From Octopus sinensis (lineage: Eukaryota): a DNA stretch of 64,000 nt. Position 1 is the first letter of the stretch, and each line of letters opens with the position of its first letter. The DNA lies in contig NC_042999.1 in the NCBI RefSeq assembly GCF_006345805.1, forward strand, positions 138,384,001-138,448,000, given 5' to 3'. This document shows, one piece after another, positions 28,383-41,521 of the stretch. The notes below the pieces were generated by a model, which saw nothing but the letters and a program-made list of their open reading frames with translations, was not told the origin of the DNA and did no database searches. The position numbers and the translations under genes are program-made.

Positions 28383-29414
28383 CATTATTCTACTAAACTA
28401 AATCATACCCAGATGCAGTATTTACTTGTTGCTTGGTGGAATGGGCCGCTTGCGAGATGGAGTGTCTTAGTCAAAGATACAACATTGTTTTAGTATCGTG
28501 TATGGGTCATTGACTTCTTGACTCATAGAATCAACCAGTCACACTCCTTTTTTAGCCACACCTTGTTTGTAACCATATACCTTGACTTAAATAAATGTCA
28601 CAGTGTTAAAGACGATGGCTAGGTGAACTCTGAATGCAGTCGGAGTCAGTGACTGTTTTCCATTCTCTTTCGACGTCAGCTGTCTTATATCTGTAATATT
28701 TGCGAAAAAGACATGAATGTCAATCTGATTTCTTCCTTATTGAAGTTACATTTCTTAACATGATATGTATCAAACATGTCAAACTGATGTGAAGGTCTCA
28801 TCATCGTCGCTTGATTTGCGAGAAATCTCCCTCAGACCACACATTATCATCTTCAAAAAAGAAGGCCATATTGAATAATACAGTTAAATTATCGTCACGG
28901 TTGAAATACATTTGATAAAAATGCCAGATCAGCTCTGACCTGGTGTTAGAGAACAACCAAAGATATTGATGGCCTGTGTAATGTTTCCGTCGTCATCGTA
29001 TGTAATATAACACCAGCAATCAAGACAAGTATGTCACAGTCATGGTTCGCTTACTCGCTCATTCTCTTTTTCTCCCCACTTACATTTATTTCATTTGCAT
29101 GAATTGTTGCTCACTCCGAATTTAGGAGCTGGAATTTATCGCTATATTATAATCCAGTCATCCCTCTACTACCTACAAGATTAAACAGACCAGTAATAGT
29201 AGTTATTTAGCAAAAGGTTAGCTCTGATCGAACAGATGTATCACCAAAGGCGTTCCAACAATAACTACTTTATCGTCTGGAAAAATCAAGTACAGCTTTG
29301 TTTAACGTGTCCTTCGCTTTTTAAGCCCTTCAGGTGTAATTTGAATACCATCAATTTGCCTTTTAATTTGTCAGGTGAAGTGACTGCGCAGAGGCATCTT
29401 ATTTGGCTTGAGTA

Positions 29415-29600
29415 GTAGTAGTAGTAGTATTTCAAAGGGCCAGACTTGTCACATTCTGTGTCACGCTGAGTCTCCCCGAGAACTACGTTAAGGGTACACG
29501 TGTTTGTGGGGTGCTCAGCCACTTGCACGTTAATTTCACGAGCAAGCTGTTCCGTTGATCGTATCAGCTGGGACCCTCGTCGTCGCAACCGACGGAGTGC
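29415..29600 (+). mobile_element. 3' part of SINE family C variant
   Basis: Reverse-complement match to 51962-52135. Confidence 0.7.
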
Positions 29601-30274
29601 TCCTCCTCTAGTAGTACTAGTAATAGTAGTTTTTGCGATTTAGGATATTTCTTCGCTTTTAATGGTAGGTTTACATGTGCATCCTTAATAAGCGCACTTT
29701 TTAAACCTTGCTTTGAGATATAGATACTGTAGTTAAATCATGTCATTTTCTTTTCCTCTTCGCCTTCAGAAAAAGGTTAACTGTCCTTCTTTCGGCGATT
29801 TTACTGCTATTTATAATATACGCCAGCTCGCATGGAAGTGGTTAGGTTTCCTCTAATTTACATAATAGTAGTCAAGATCAGACAACGTATTTTAATTAAC
29901 CGAAGCTTAATATTTATGTGATCAAGCTGGGCAAAATGCTTAGCGGCATTTCTTCCGACTACATGTTATGAGTTCAAATTCCACCGAAGTCGAGTTTGCC
30001 TTTCATTATTTCGGGGTTGATAAAATAAGTACCAGTTAAACATTGGGTTAGATAATCGACCTACTCCCTCCCTCGAAATTACTGACCATGTGCTTGAATT
30101 TGCAATCATCATTCCTTCTACGGTCAGAATTTAGAACAACAGGTCTCTGACAGAGTTAAAAACGCTGAAACTAATGCGACCGACCACCTTTATGTTACCC
30201 CAGAGAGAAAATGACTTTTCATTGTGAGGTGAAGTTTCGCCAATTACGGCTTTTTCAAATACTCGAGTTCCTCT

Positions 30275-30319
<45 letters not shown>

Positions 30320-31017
30320 ACATTATTTAAATTCACAAGAAAATAAGACACCTCACGATGTCGAATCATGTATCAATCGTAAGAAAGATGACCACGTTAC
30401 TATTTACAAATAAAAAAAAAAGGTGGGGCTCTCGGCAAACAGAATTACCAACTGCAAACAGCATTTATCTCCCGTTATATGCTATGAGGACCATAGAACT
30501 CAAAATTGCTCGACCACAAGTACACTGACTGCTTCTTCACTGTCTAAAACAGTACAGTACCATACTGAGAGTCTGTTTATGACTGAAACAAACATCAAAA
30601 TATGAAAATTCTTAACTATGATGTAAACTTTTAAGATTTTTATAATATAAACTCAGTGGCGGCTCGTTCATAAAATTAGTTGAGGTGCTGCTTTAGAAAA
30701 TGTTTATCCGTTGTTTTAATATTGTGTAAAAGGAAACAAACATAAAAATAAAATTTATACATAAACTTGATCGGTTCGCGTTTTAGTCACTGCCGGGTCG
30801 TGTGTTTAATTTGTTCACTGAACACCGCCGCGAATTCCCCTTGTTTTTAAAAAGGAAACCCCACTAAATGACAAAATAAGGGGAGAAAGGAGCCCTATTA
30901 TTCAAATCCTGGCAGCAACACTGAATCTGGAAGCAAGATAATTCTACACTTTATCATATTCAAGAATATAAACACGTTTTTAAGCACAACACACTCGGAG
31001 TCAAAAAGAAACATTAC

Positions 31018-31150
31018 CTTTCACTCGGCACAGTCGTTCACGCTGTGCTCTCTCTCCCTTGTGTGAAGCTTCCTATCTCGGACATGTGAGCATGCGCACA
31101 ACAGCCAAACACTGCGTCGCTGGAACTGTGAAGCGCGCAGTTCTATACAA
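31018..31150 (-). promoter_or_regulatory. Candidate CpG-rich promoter and non-coding first exon
   Basis: CpG-rich unique sequence, TGCGCATGC NRF1-like motif, minus-strand donor AAAG|GTAATG at 31018/31017. Confidence 0.25.
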
Positions 31151-31969
31151 GGATTTTTGTATCTTTTTCGTAAACTATGGGATGACTACTGAGACCAAGC
31201 TTAAGGATTATATAATGTACAAGTATAAAGAAAGAATGAAATGTAAACAGGAGTCATTATATTGAATGTTACTGGTAATAATGAGTGGAAATAGTGGGTG
31301 CTGCAGTTCCACAGTCCCTATATACGAACTGCCATTTTATAAACTTTTATGTAAGACATTTACAAATTATGACAGTCTCTCGCTGTCCGAGTAAAACGGT
31401 TCTACTATTTCTTGTTGAACGAACTGCACAAATGATTTTTTAAATAATTACCAAAGGTTTGTGCTGCACATTAGCTCACTTACTCCATCAAATCAACGTT
31501 TCCCGAGTAGGTGCATTGGGTACCACATATGAAGTGTCGAAGTAATGATAGAGCAACGTGAAATGAAGTGTTTTTTTCTCAAGTATGCAACGCAACACCC
31601 GGTTCAGGGACTGAAACCGATACCTCTCCATCGTGAATGCAATATCCTGATCTCTAGGCCATGCGCCCACACACATTTAGAAAAGTAAGAAAAAATACAA
31701 TCGCCAATAGGATCCGAACCAGAATTCTGTCGTAGGACGACTATATTACTGATTACAAGGATAAGATTTTGAATGGATTAAACTATTTTTCTAAACTTTA
31801 CTTGATTTATTGTTTATTTTACTTTTTTCCTGTTTTCTTTCAGTTTTTACTTTTCATTTCTTGTTTACATTTCCTCTGACTACTAAACAGGAATAACCTA
31901 CAACACAACTCAGGTTGTCTGCTTTTATATTTATAACTTTTCAATTTTATTCTCTGTCATATATATATA

Positions 31970-32185
31970 CAAGGAATTGCTGAAAAGTTCCTGGCTTTAA
32001 GAGTATCCCGAAAGGCTTGGATGGAGGCCCAACTTTCCGAGTTCTTTGACAGGGCTTAAAAAACTGAAGGCCCGCTGCAATAAGTGTGTGAATACTAGAG
32101 GGGAATATGTTAAATAAAATCATAATTAACTGATCCTCCTGTGTTTTCATTTACCCAAAGCCAGGAAGTTTTCAGCATCCCCTCA
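31970..32185 (-). mobile_element. Mariner-type MITE, second copy in opposite orientation
   Basis: GCTGAAAAGTTCCTGGCTTT and AAAGCCAGGAAGTTTTCAGC TIRs; body homologous to 22738-22955. Confidence 0.82.
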
Positions 32186-32298
32186 ATGAAGTTAATTCAA
32201 TGTAATCATTCATTTATATATTTATCAGCTTACATAACAATCGATTAATCTATGTGTCTGTCTGTCTGTATGTCTATCTATCTATCTATCTATCTATC

Positions 32299-32423
<125 letters not shown>

Positions 32424-32945
32424 CCTGTCTGTCTATGGTTATGTGTATGTAAATACTTCGACATAATTACTATTTTTAAAATCTTCGTCGTCCTCAATCA
32501 GCATGTGACTCACAAAAATAAATAAACAAAGAAAGTTATAAGCAAAAACAATGTAAATGGAAAATTTCTCAAAACGATTTGAAGCTATTTTTAGGACATT
32601 TAAAAAAATACTATTAGTCTAGAAAAGACTTACGAATACTTGTGATTCACACTGATACAGAAAACTCTTCCTTATAACGAACCTTAACTCTGTCACATAC
32701 GTATGTATGTAGTAAAAACATGCTTTTCTGTTTTGTTTCTTCCTTCTATTCTTCATCTCATTCCACTTCGACAGTTCTGAATTCTTCATATTCTTCTTCT
32801 TGCTATGACTACAGAAATGAGTCATGATTTGTAATGTCTACTATCGTGAAAGTCGCAACCACCCGAATAAACGACATCTATCAAGTAACTTCTTAGACGC
32901 TTGACATTTCAAAATCTAATTCTTGTATACGCACACAATACAGCA

Positions 32946-33004
<59 letters not shown>

Positions 33005-34855
33005 CAACAAATAAATACATACAATAATATAACACAAAACAAGCAGCAACAAAAAACAGCCAGAGCAACAAAAAGTAAAACTTCCTGTTGCAAAATTCTT
33101 CCTGTCTGCAAGAGGAACTTGTTCGCTTTACAAATGAATCATTTCCGCCTTTATCTTAATTTTTTTTTAAATTTTCACTTTCTTAATCAACGGGAGACAT
33201 ATTAAAGTTGAAAGGTCTCGTCGGAAGAAGGAATATAGAAGTAGGGTACAAATTACTCGTATTTCGATTGGTAAAGTTGTAGTGGATGCGTGGATGTATT
33301 AATAAATACATAAGTGCTTTGTAATAAATTAAAGATTTATTATCACTACATCAATTTGTAAGCAATGTTACACATCGCTTGTACAAAATGCATATTAAAT
33401 AGTGGTTGCAAATAATACATATTAAAGGAATGCATAATACAGGATACACATTAAAGCAGAATATGTTTGATGGTGTGTGTGTGTGCGTGTGTGTAAATCA
33501 TGCATGACAGAGTCACCTTTCTGATTATTCTTTCGTCGTCCTCATAAATGCGTGGCGTTCTCTTAAACGTTGGTTCGGGTTCTCTCTAGATACCTATTTC
33601 TCCGTTCTATTTATAACATCTCAAATAGCCAGAAAAATAGATATACCGCAAGAGTGTTATTGCGTACAGTAGGTCGCTGGTCGTCCTGTTAAACTTCGCC
33701 TGACCTGCTCGGGTCAGAGGTCGTAGGGAGACGATCCATCATTTTTTGTCAGAACAAAGAGATTCTGATTTCGCGCCTTTTTGTGCATTGGTATTTTACG
33801 ACCAATGATTCTTGGGTCTGATTTCGAATCCAAGCTTTGAGAAGGAAGTGCTAATTCTTACAAAGTTAAAAGTGGACGTGTTGATTGAATGTCCGACTGC
33901 TGGGAGAGAAGAGTTGATGGTTCATATCCAGCCACCGATGCTGCACTGTCCACTACTAACACGACATTGAAACCTCTCGCTGTTTCAACTGGCTTATTTG
34001 AGAATAATTGGGTACTATGAAGTCGCTATTGCTCATTGCCTTAAATAATGAACGTGTCTTCTTTTATTTCAGCTCTAATGGAACGTATTCAACTCTTTCC
34101 TTCCTGAGCCCAGAGAAAGCGACATAGAGCTGCTTCTGTTATTCGGCCACAAATTAGAATTTTCAATTATCCGGGTGCCTTTTGCTATTAATTTCGAGAC
34201 GGACTTTTGGCTACGGTCTTTCGTATGATGGTTGATGTCTAACCGTCTACCCAACATTAAACTCATCGTGTTCAAGTATCCAGCACCTGTTGGGTATTTT
34301 ACTAGCCTTCTACCGATACATCACAATAATTCCAAAGTATATACATATTTATACCATAGTACTCTACTCTCTATATAGCATGGAATAATGTTACTACAGC
34401 AATTTTTACTACAAGATATTAACATTTTAGTTGTCGCTTAAACATAAGCCAACTTTGATCAAACAAATGTTTGATTAAGGGTATCTTAGCTGTGACCATC
34501 CGGTCTTTTTAGAAGTACATTATCCACTGTTTCCTGTTCTTTTTAAGATGGTGGGCGGAATTTGAGAGAAATTTGGCTGCTAATTCAAGTAGTTTAAGGA
34601 CCGCGAGGAAATTTTCTCATTGGATCGATCAGTTGCTGGTAGAAGAGTGATTGAGTGGCAGAATTAGTAAAATACCGGACAAAATATTTTACAAGTAGCC
34701 TACTTTTGTTCATATGCCACTGAGGTCGATTCTGCCTTTCTTCCATTCCTCCTTTCATCCCTCTTCCGTTATCTGTAGGCGTGTGTCAATGCTAGAAATG
34801 AATTATTTACATTATTTACATTTGACGGATATTTGTCCTCATCTTGTTTGTTGTT

Positions 34856-34901
34856 AACACAACGTTTCGGCTGATATACCCTCAAGCCTTCATTAGGTGT
34901 C
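34856..34901 (-). ncRNA. Minimal type I hammerhead ribozyme motif (core G5>A, probably inactive)
   Basis: GACAC CTAATGA A GGCTT GAGGGTATAT CAGCC GAAA CG TT GTGTT. Confidence 0.65.
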
Positions 34902-34991
34902 TTGGGGAAATTTCGAACCTGGGTTCTCATTCCTTTGGTAAACACCGAAAAATACCTTAGGAATGAGAACCGAGGTTCGAAATTTCCCCAA

Positions 34992-35037
34992 GACACCTGC
35001 TGAAAGCTGGAGGGTATATCAGCCGAAACGTTGTGTT
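34992..35037 (+). ncRNA. Minimal type I hammerhead ribozyme motif (core A6>C, probably inactive)
   Basis: GACAC CTGCTGA A AGCTG GAGGGTATAT CAGCC GAAA CG TT GTGTT. Confidence 0.65.
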
Positions 35038-35689
35038 AACAACAAACATGATAAGGACAAATATCCGTCAAATGTAAATAAGGTACATAATTCCTCATCT
35101 CTTAAATATTGAACTGTCTAGAAATGAACATTTTAATTTTTGCTGTAAAGCGCTGGCGAGTTCAAACCGAGCTTATCTATATATAGTACGAAGGTGATTG
35201 GTCGAACATTAACAAGTAAGTCTACAACTCCTACCATATAACATGCACTGAAATAATTTTTGCTAATCAACTCCAAATCTTCCTGTATTTGCTGTTAATC
35301 TTCAAATATAATGGTCGAGTCGAAGTCTGTGTGTGTGTGTGTGTGCGCGCGCGCGCGTGTGTATGTATGTATATATGTATGTATGTATATATATTCTTTT
35401 ATTCTTTTACGTGTTTCAATCATTTGACTGTGGCCATGCTGGAACACAGCCTTAAAGTGTTTTTCAATCAAAGAAATCGCCCGCAGGACTTATTCTATCG
35501 TTCTCTTTTGTCGAACCGCTAGCAAACAGGGACATAAACACACCATCATCGGTTGTCAAGCGATGGTAAGGGCGACAAAAACAGACACAAAGACACACAC
35601 ACACACACACATACACACACACATACACACACACACACATATATATATGTATATACATATGTCCTTATATATGTATATACACATATACA

Positions 35690-36660
35690 CACCAGATTGA
35701 ATCAAAAGCTTTTTCGAATTTTCACTAATGTTTTTTGGCAACTTGCTGAATTGTTTATTCTTTATTGTTATACATAACATGAACATTAATTGTTCTTTAT
35801 TTTGCAGCTTTGATAATGAGTGATGGAAAAATTGCAATTCGAGACATTTTAAGATAATTGTGGAAAAAAAGACTGAGTACCGGGGAAACAGCAAAAATAA
35901 ATAAATAAGTAAATAAAATAATGATGTGGAAGTCCTAGAAACTGTCAACGATCGTATGGTACAAAACTGGTTTAGACCCTTCAAGGAAGGTGACACCAAC
36001 CTCGAAGACAAACCAAGGTCAGGGAGACCTATTGTGGAAGAGAAGGGACCTATATTCGTAATCCTAATAAGAAAAATCAGTGGTTTCATTCCGGCAAGGC
36101 TTCAGAACCTGTTATCAAACAAGTGCGGTTTGAACAGAAGGTCACGGTGTGTGTTTGGTGGAATCTTGAGGTGTTTCACTTTGAACCTTTCCCAGAAAGT
36201 CATGCTATGAACGTTAACTTTTATGCTCAACAACCGCAACAAGTATATCTTGCTTTGAAAGCCCGTTACACAGCTGTAGTCAATCGAATACTTTCACTCC
36301 TACAGCATGACAGCGCCTCAGTACACACTGCCAATGTGGCCGAGCGCCAACCTGAGAAAACTCGGGGGCTGGAAGTGTAGACATTGCACCATCAGATTAG
36401 CATCTTTTCCGAGCAATGGTTCATTTCCTGCACGGACGGAAGCTCAACAATGTTGACGGGGTTGAAAACGAGTGCAGCGAGTTTTTTGCCTCTCAACCGG
36501 CCAAATGATTTAAGCATGGAATCGAGCTTCTTGGACAACGATGGCAACAGACAATAGAATATGATGGGATATATTTTAATGAATAAACGCTTTTCGCGTG
36601 CAATCTGTCTGAACAAATATCTAAAAGTTGAAATACGAAAAAGATTTTTAATCAATCTCG

Positions 36661-36662
<2 letters not shown>
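35690..36662 (+). mobile_element. Internally deleted mariner transposon
   Basis: [58 protein letters not shown]; degenerate TIRs AGATTGA.T.AAAA.CTTTTCG at both ends. Confidence 0.88.
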
Positions 36663-37007
<345 letters not shown>

Positions 37008-37529
37008 GTAACACACATGCATACATAGACACATGCCTCACAGTAAGGAATGCAAATACAATATATCTATGAGGAATGAACATAAGTTCCCCTTTGTAAT
37101 AAATACAATGCCTTTCTGTGACCGTGACAAATATATGAATTAAGTAAACATAAACAATAGATAAAAGAAAGAAATCTTAATGGTTAAAAGGTTGAAGTTC
37201 ATAACAATACTTGTACAATATACTGTTGTTCAGTCATTCATTTATTTATTGTTTCATTCATTCATTCACTTAGTCATTCATATTTCGATGTGACCTGTGT
37301 CAGACAGTCAAGTCATTGCGTGTACATGCTTGTCGCCTGTCTTTGATAAAGACACTTAATTCCATATGACCAGTTACACACATCTACAAATAGATTTCTT
37401 GTAATGGTACAGTTCACTATTTTATAATTTTCAGATGTCATATATTATGTATTACGAAATGCTTTTTTACCTTGCAGAATTGAACTCATGTTCTTAAGAT
37501 GGATAATAGGAAGCTATTCCAGAGACCCA

Positions 37530-38040
<511 letters not shown>

Positions 38041-38050
38041 AGTATATATA

Positions 38051-38136
<86 letters not shown>

Positions 38137-38197
38137 TATATATATTATTGATTAATTTTATATATACATATATATATAAAATTAATCAAAGGGCATA

Positions 38198-38863
38198 CTA
38201 AGTATATCTATACTTAACCATTCTGTGGTCAATGTAGGACAGCTGGACAAGCTGTGGATAAATAAAACTAGACTTATCTCTAGTGCTTATCACTATCCTA
38301 TCTAAGTAAGACTTGAACCTTTCGTCGTCACTCATCCAGGTCCACTCTGGGACGTTCGGATAGTCAAGTCTGTAACGATCTGCCAGTTGAAAACGCTTAA
38401 GCAGATCCACGAGACGTGCGTCAACGGTAGCGTTAAAGTTCCATAATACCACTAATGTCTTCGATGTCACGAGAAAGCCCTCTAGGCGCCGATAAAAATC
38501 AGTTTGGAAACCTCTAGCACAAGGTGCATAGAGTCTGATCAACCTGAAGGCCTTACTGCTATATGTCACATCAAGGACGGCCAGCCCACCTTCAGGGTCC
38601 TCATAGACTGTACTTGTCTGCAGAGCCAAGCCTTTACGGATCAGTACCACTACACTCCCTCGCCCTCCGGTCTGGCCAGGAGATATGATCTTCTCGTAGC
38701 CATTCAGGAGAGGCGAGAAGGTTTGCAGACTGTCCAGCTTGGTCTCTGTAGCAACCATCACATGTATATCGTGTGATCTGAGATCGTCGAGGAAACACGC
38801 CTGCTTCCACTTCGAACTCAAACCACGCACATTTAAACAACCAAAGTTAAGTGAGTCCGTCAC
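38198..38863 (-). pseudogene. Tx1 ORF2 apurinic-like endonuclease domain
   Basis: LNFGCLNVRGL, VATETK, LYAP, WNFNA (GDFN), YLDRI and IDHRMV (SDH) motifs. Confidence 0.88.
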
Positions 38864-38878
38864 AAAAAATAAAAGGTT

Positions 38879-40293
38879 CTACTTTTTCCTTGGAGAAGTT
38901 GGGGCCGACTTTACCATACGTGAATCAGCCCCTTCCTTCGCATAATTTGGTAACTCGGAGATTTTCCAAATAGCATTCGGGTACCTTTCCTTTAAGTTGC
39001 GGTATAGGGTTTCTCCTATTGCCGCACATCTGTTCGTTAAGTCTTTATGTTGAATAAAAAGTTTTGGCGTATGGTATTTCACAATGGCTTCGTTTGTATA
39101 TTTTTCCATAGTGTCGTATTCGACAAGCATACGGTTCTCCTCTTTTTTTCCGGGGTGGTTGGGCGGGATTTCTCTTTTATTGTCTGTTGTGTGTTGTTTT
39201 GGTTTTTGTAGGGGATGTGGATGGGGAAGGTTTTCGAGGTCGTTTTTGAGGTGTTATAAATTCACCCTCTGATACCTCCATGGCATCGTCTGGGGGGTCA
39301 ACGTATGTGGGGGAAATACTTTTTGGAGCAGTCGGTGCCACAGCTTTCAATGGGATGGGTGGTTTTATAGTTGTAGGGGCTTGTGCGTGCAGGGGCTGGT
39401 TCTTTTCTGTCGTTTGTTTCGGGGCTGGCACCACACCAGGGGGAGTGGGAATTTTTTTGTTTATGGGGATTGGTGTGTTTGCGGGGGTGGGAGTTTTTTG
39501 GTCATTTGAGGGGTCTGGTATATGCGACTACAACTTTTTTTTCGTTATTTTCACAGTCCACTCGAATGTGGCCCTTTTTTCCATATTGGTAACAGGTGGG
39601 CTTGCGGCCTTCCACCTGTACCCTAAGGGCCACTTTCTCCCCAACGAGCACTCTCTCTGGTAGGACCTGAAGGTCCCCCTGTGTCCCATGAATCAGGACC
39701 GTAATACTTCGCTCGAGCCAATTCTGGGGGGCAGAGCATGTTATTTGTAAAATTGTTATTTGGTCCGCCATGTCAAACAACAAGGCGGCCACCAGTTCTC
39801 TTGGGTCTACTTCAGGTGGTACTTCATTTATTCTTACTCTGTATGTTCTTTTTCCCATATACATGGGTAGAAGTACCACATCATTTGACTTCAGGGGACA
39901 TACGGAGTGCCCGCAGGCCACCTCTTCGTCTGAGAAGCGAACCTCAACTGAGCCATATGCCAGTCCCCTTGCAATGTACGTTATGTCCTCCCCTATCGGG
40001 GACAGGCATTTCTCTATTTTCTCTTCTTCGAAGTGTTTAAACCTTCTGTCTTTTGGACAGAAGGTTTTGAACACTACGGTCCGCCTCTCAGTTTCCACCA
40101 CAGTTGAAGAAGATGATATTATCACATCACCTTCTTTCTTCATCCGTTTAAAATATTCCTGTAGCACACCTACAGGAATATCAATGTTTTCGGTTGCCAC
40201 CTCCGAAAACTTTTTCCCATTGTTGGCATGACTGCCAACATCATCATTGCTCTTTATAAGAGCACACATTTTGTGTATAATTTCAACCGACAT
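38879..40293 (-). pseudogene. Tx1 ORF1 (gag-like) with zinc knuckle, frameshifted
   Basis: ATG at 40293 (MSVEIIHK); knuckle TCYQYGKKGHIRVDC (CX2CX4HX4C, second C>Y); Pro/Thr-rich tail continues in other frames to KSAPTSPRKK*. Confidence 0.75.
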
Positions 40294-40693
40294 GGTTGAA
40301 ATTAATAACACAAATAATTAAATTAATTAAATTGGTTTCCCACAAAACTGGGAAACCTATAAAACGTTTTTTTCCTCTCAAAGAGGATAGTAACTTTAAA
40401 AATTATGTAATAAAGTTCAAATCCCACCCCCGTTAGGGGGAGGAGCACAAAAATAGTCTAAAAAGACTATTACAATTCAAAAAAGTTATTCACACACAAA
40501 GAAAAAAACAACAATATTTTTACGAGTGTATTAAATTTTCCCCGGTAAGACCGAGGAATAAAACAGTTCAACAACGTTCAAAGGTAACTCCTTGTATCAA
40601 CGGTAACAGATCCAAAAGGTAATAACAACAAAACAGCAACAATGAAGCAATAACATCAGCAAAAACTCTTACCACGAGGAAAGACACGTCTAA

Positions 40694-40929
40694 TCTATTT
40701 CTTTACTACCCGCAAGGGGTTAAACACAGAGAGGACAAACAAGGACAGACAAACAGATTAAGTCGATTATATTGACCCCAGTGCGTAACTGGTACTTATT
40801 TAATCGACCCCGAAAGGATGAAAGGCAAAGTGGACCTCGGCGGAATTTGAACTCAGAACGTAACGGCAGACGAAATACGGATACGTATTTCGCTCGGCGT
40901 GCTAACGTTTCTGCCAGCTGGGTGCCTTA
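40694..40929 (-). mobile_element. SINE family A with perfect 14-bp TSD, nested in the Tx1 5' UTR
   Basis: AAAGACACGTCTAA at 40680-40693 and 40930-40943. Confidence 0.92.
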
Positions 40930-41105
40930 AAAGACACGTCTAACCAGCAGTGAAGTAAGCGAGCTACTTACCACACAGCCACTCCTACATTTTTGATATT
41001 CTTTTTACTTGTTACAGACTGCGACCATGCTGGGGCACCACCTTGAGGAATTTTTAGTTGATTATATCGACCCCAGAAATTATTAAATGATTTTCAACCA
41101 ACGCA

Positions 41106-41145
<40 letters not shown>

Positions 41146-41374
41146 GGCAGGAAAAAGAAATAGCGGTCTTTTGGGTGCTATTTCTAAATTTTCGGTATGT
41201 GGTGAAGCATCTTGTTGCTAAACCCTTGATTATTGTTATAATTATATATATAAAAAAATTTTATATAAGTTTTTACCGAATATTGTTTTTTTCCATACCG
41301 AAACTACTTCGGTAAAATTTGTTAATTTATTAAATTGATTATTTTTTACCCTATATCTGTAATGAGTATATATA

Positions 41375-41425
<51 letters not shown>

Positions 41426-41521
41426 AGAAGTATTGGGGGTGATGTACATATTTAATACATATGAAAGAAAAAAGGTGTTCAGAATGCTGGATGGTTGTAA
41501 AAATATATATTTATTTACATA

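Larger units (their letters stand above)
34803..35117. mobile_element. Penelope-like terminal-repeat insertion with 5' inversion (foldback) and 11-bp TSD
   Basis: TSD CTAGAAATGAA at 34792-34802 and 35118-35128; 129-bp arms 34812-34940 and 34953-35081 with 9 mismatches; HHR motif in each arm. Confidence 0.8.
38198..40954 (-). mobile_element. Tx1/L1-clade LINE, 5' half (5' UTR, ORF1, endonuclease), truncated at the 3' side
   Basis: ORF1 and APE-endonuclease relics in tandem with short inter-ORF spacer; 5' UTR interrupted by a SINE with a TSD. Confidence 0.85.

Noticed and set aside
33600-34330. Unique, moderately CpG-rich segment with an acceptor-like TTTTATTTCAG at ~34071
   Set aside because: All three frames stop soon after the acceptor; there is no evidence for an exon without expression data
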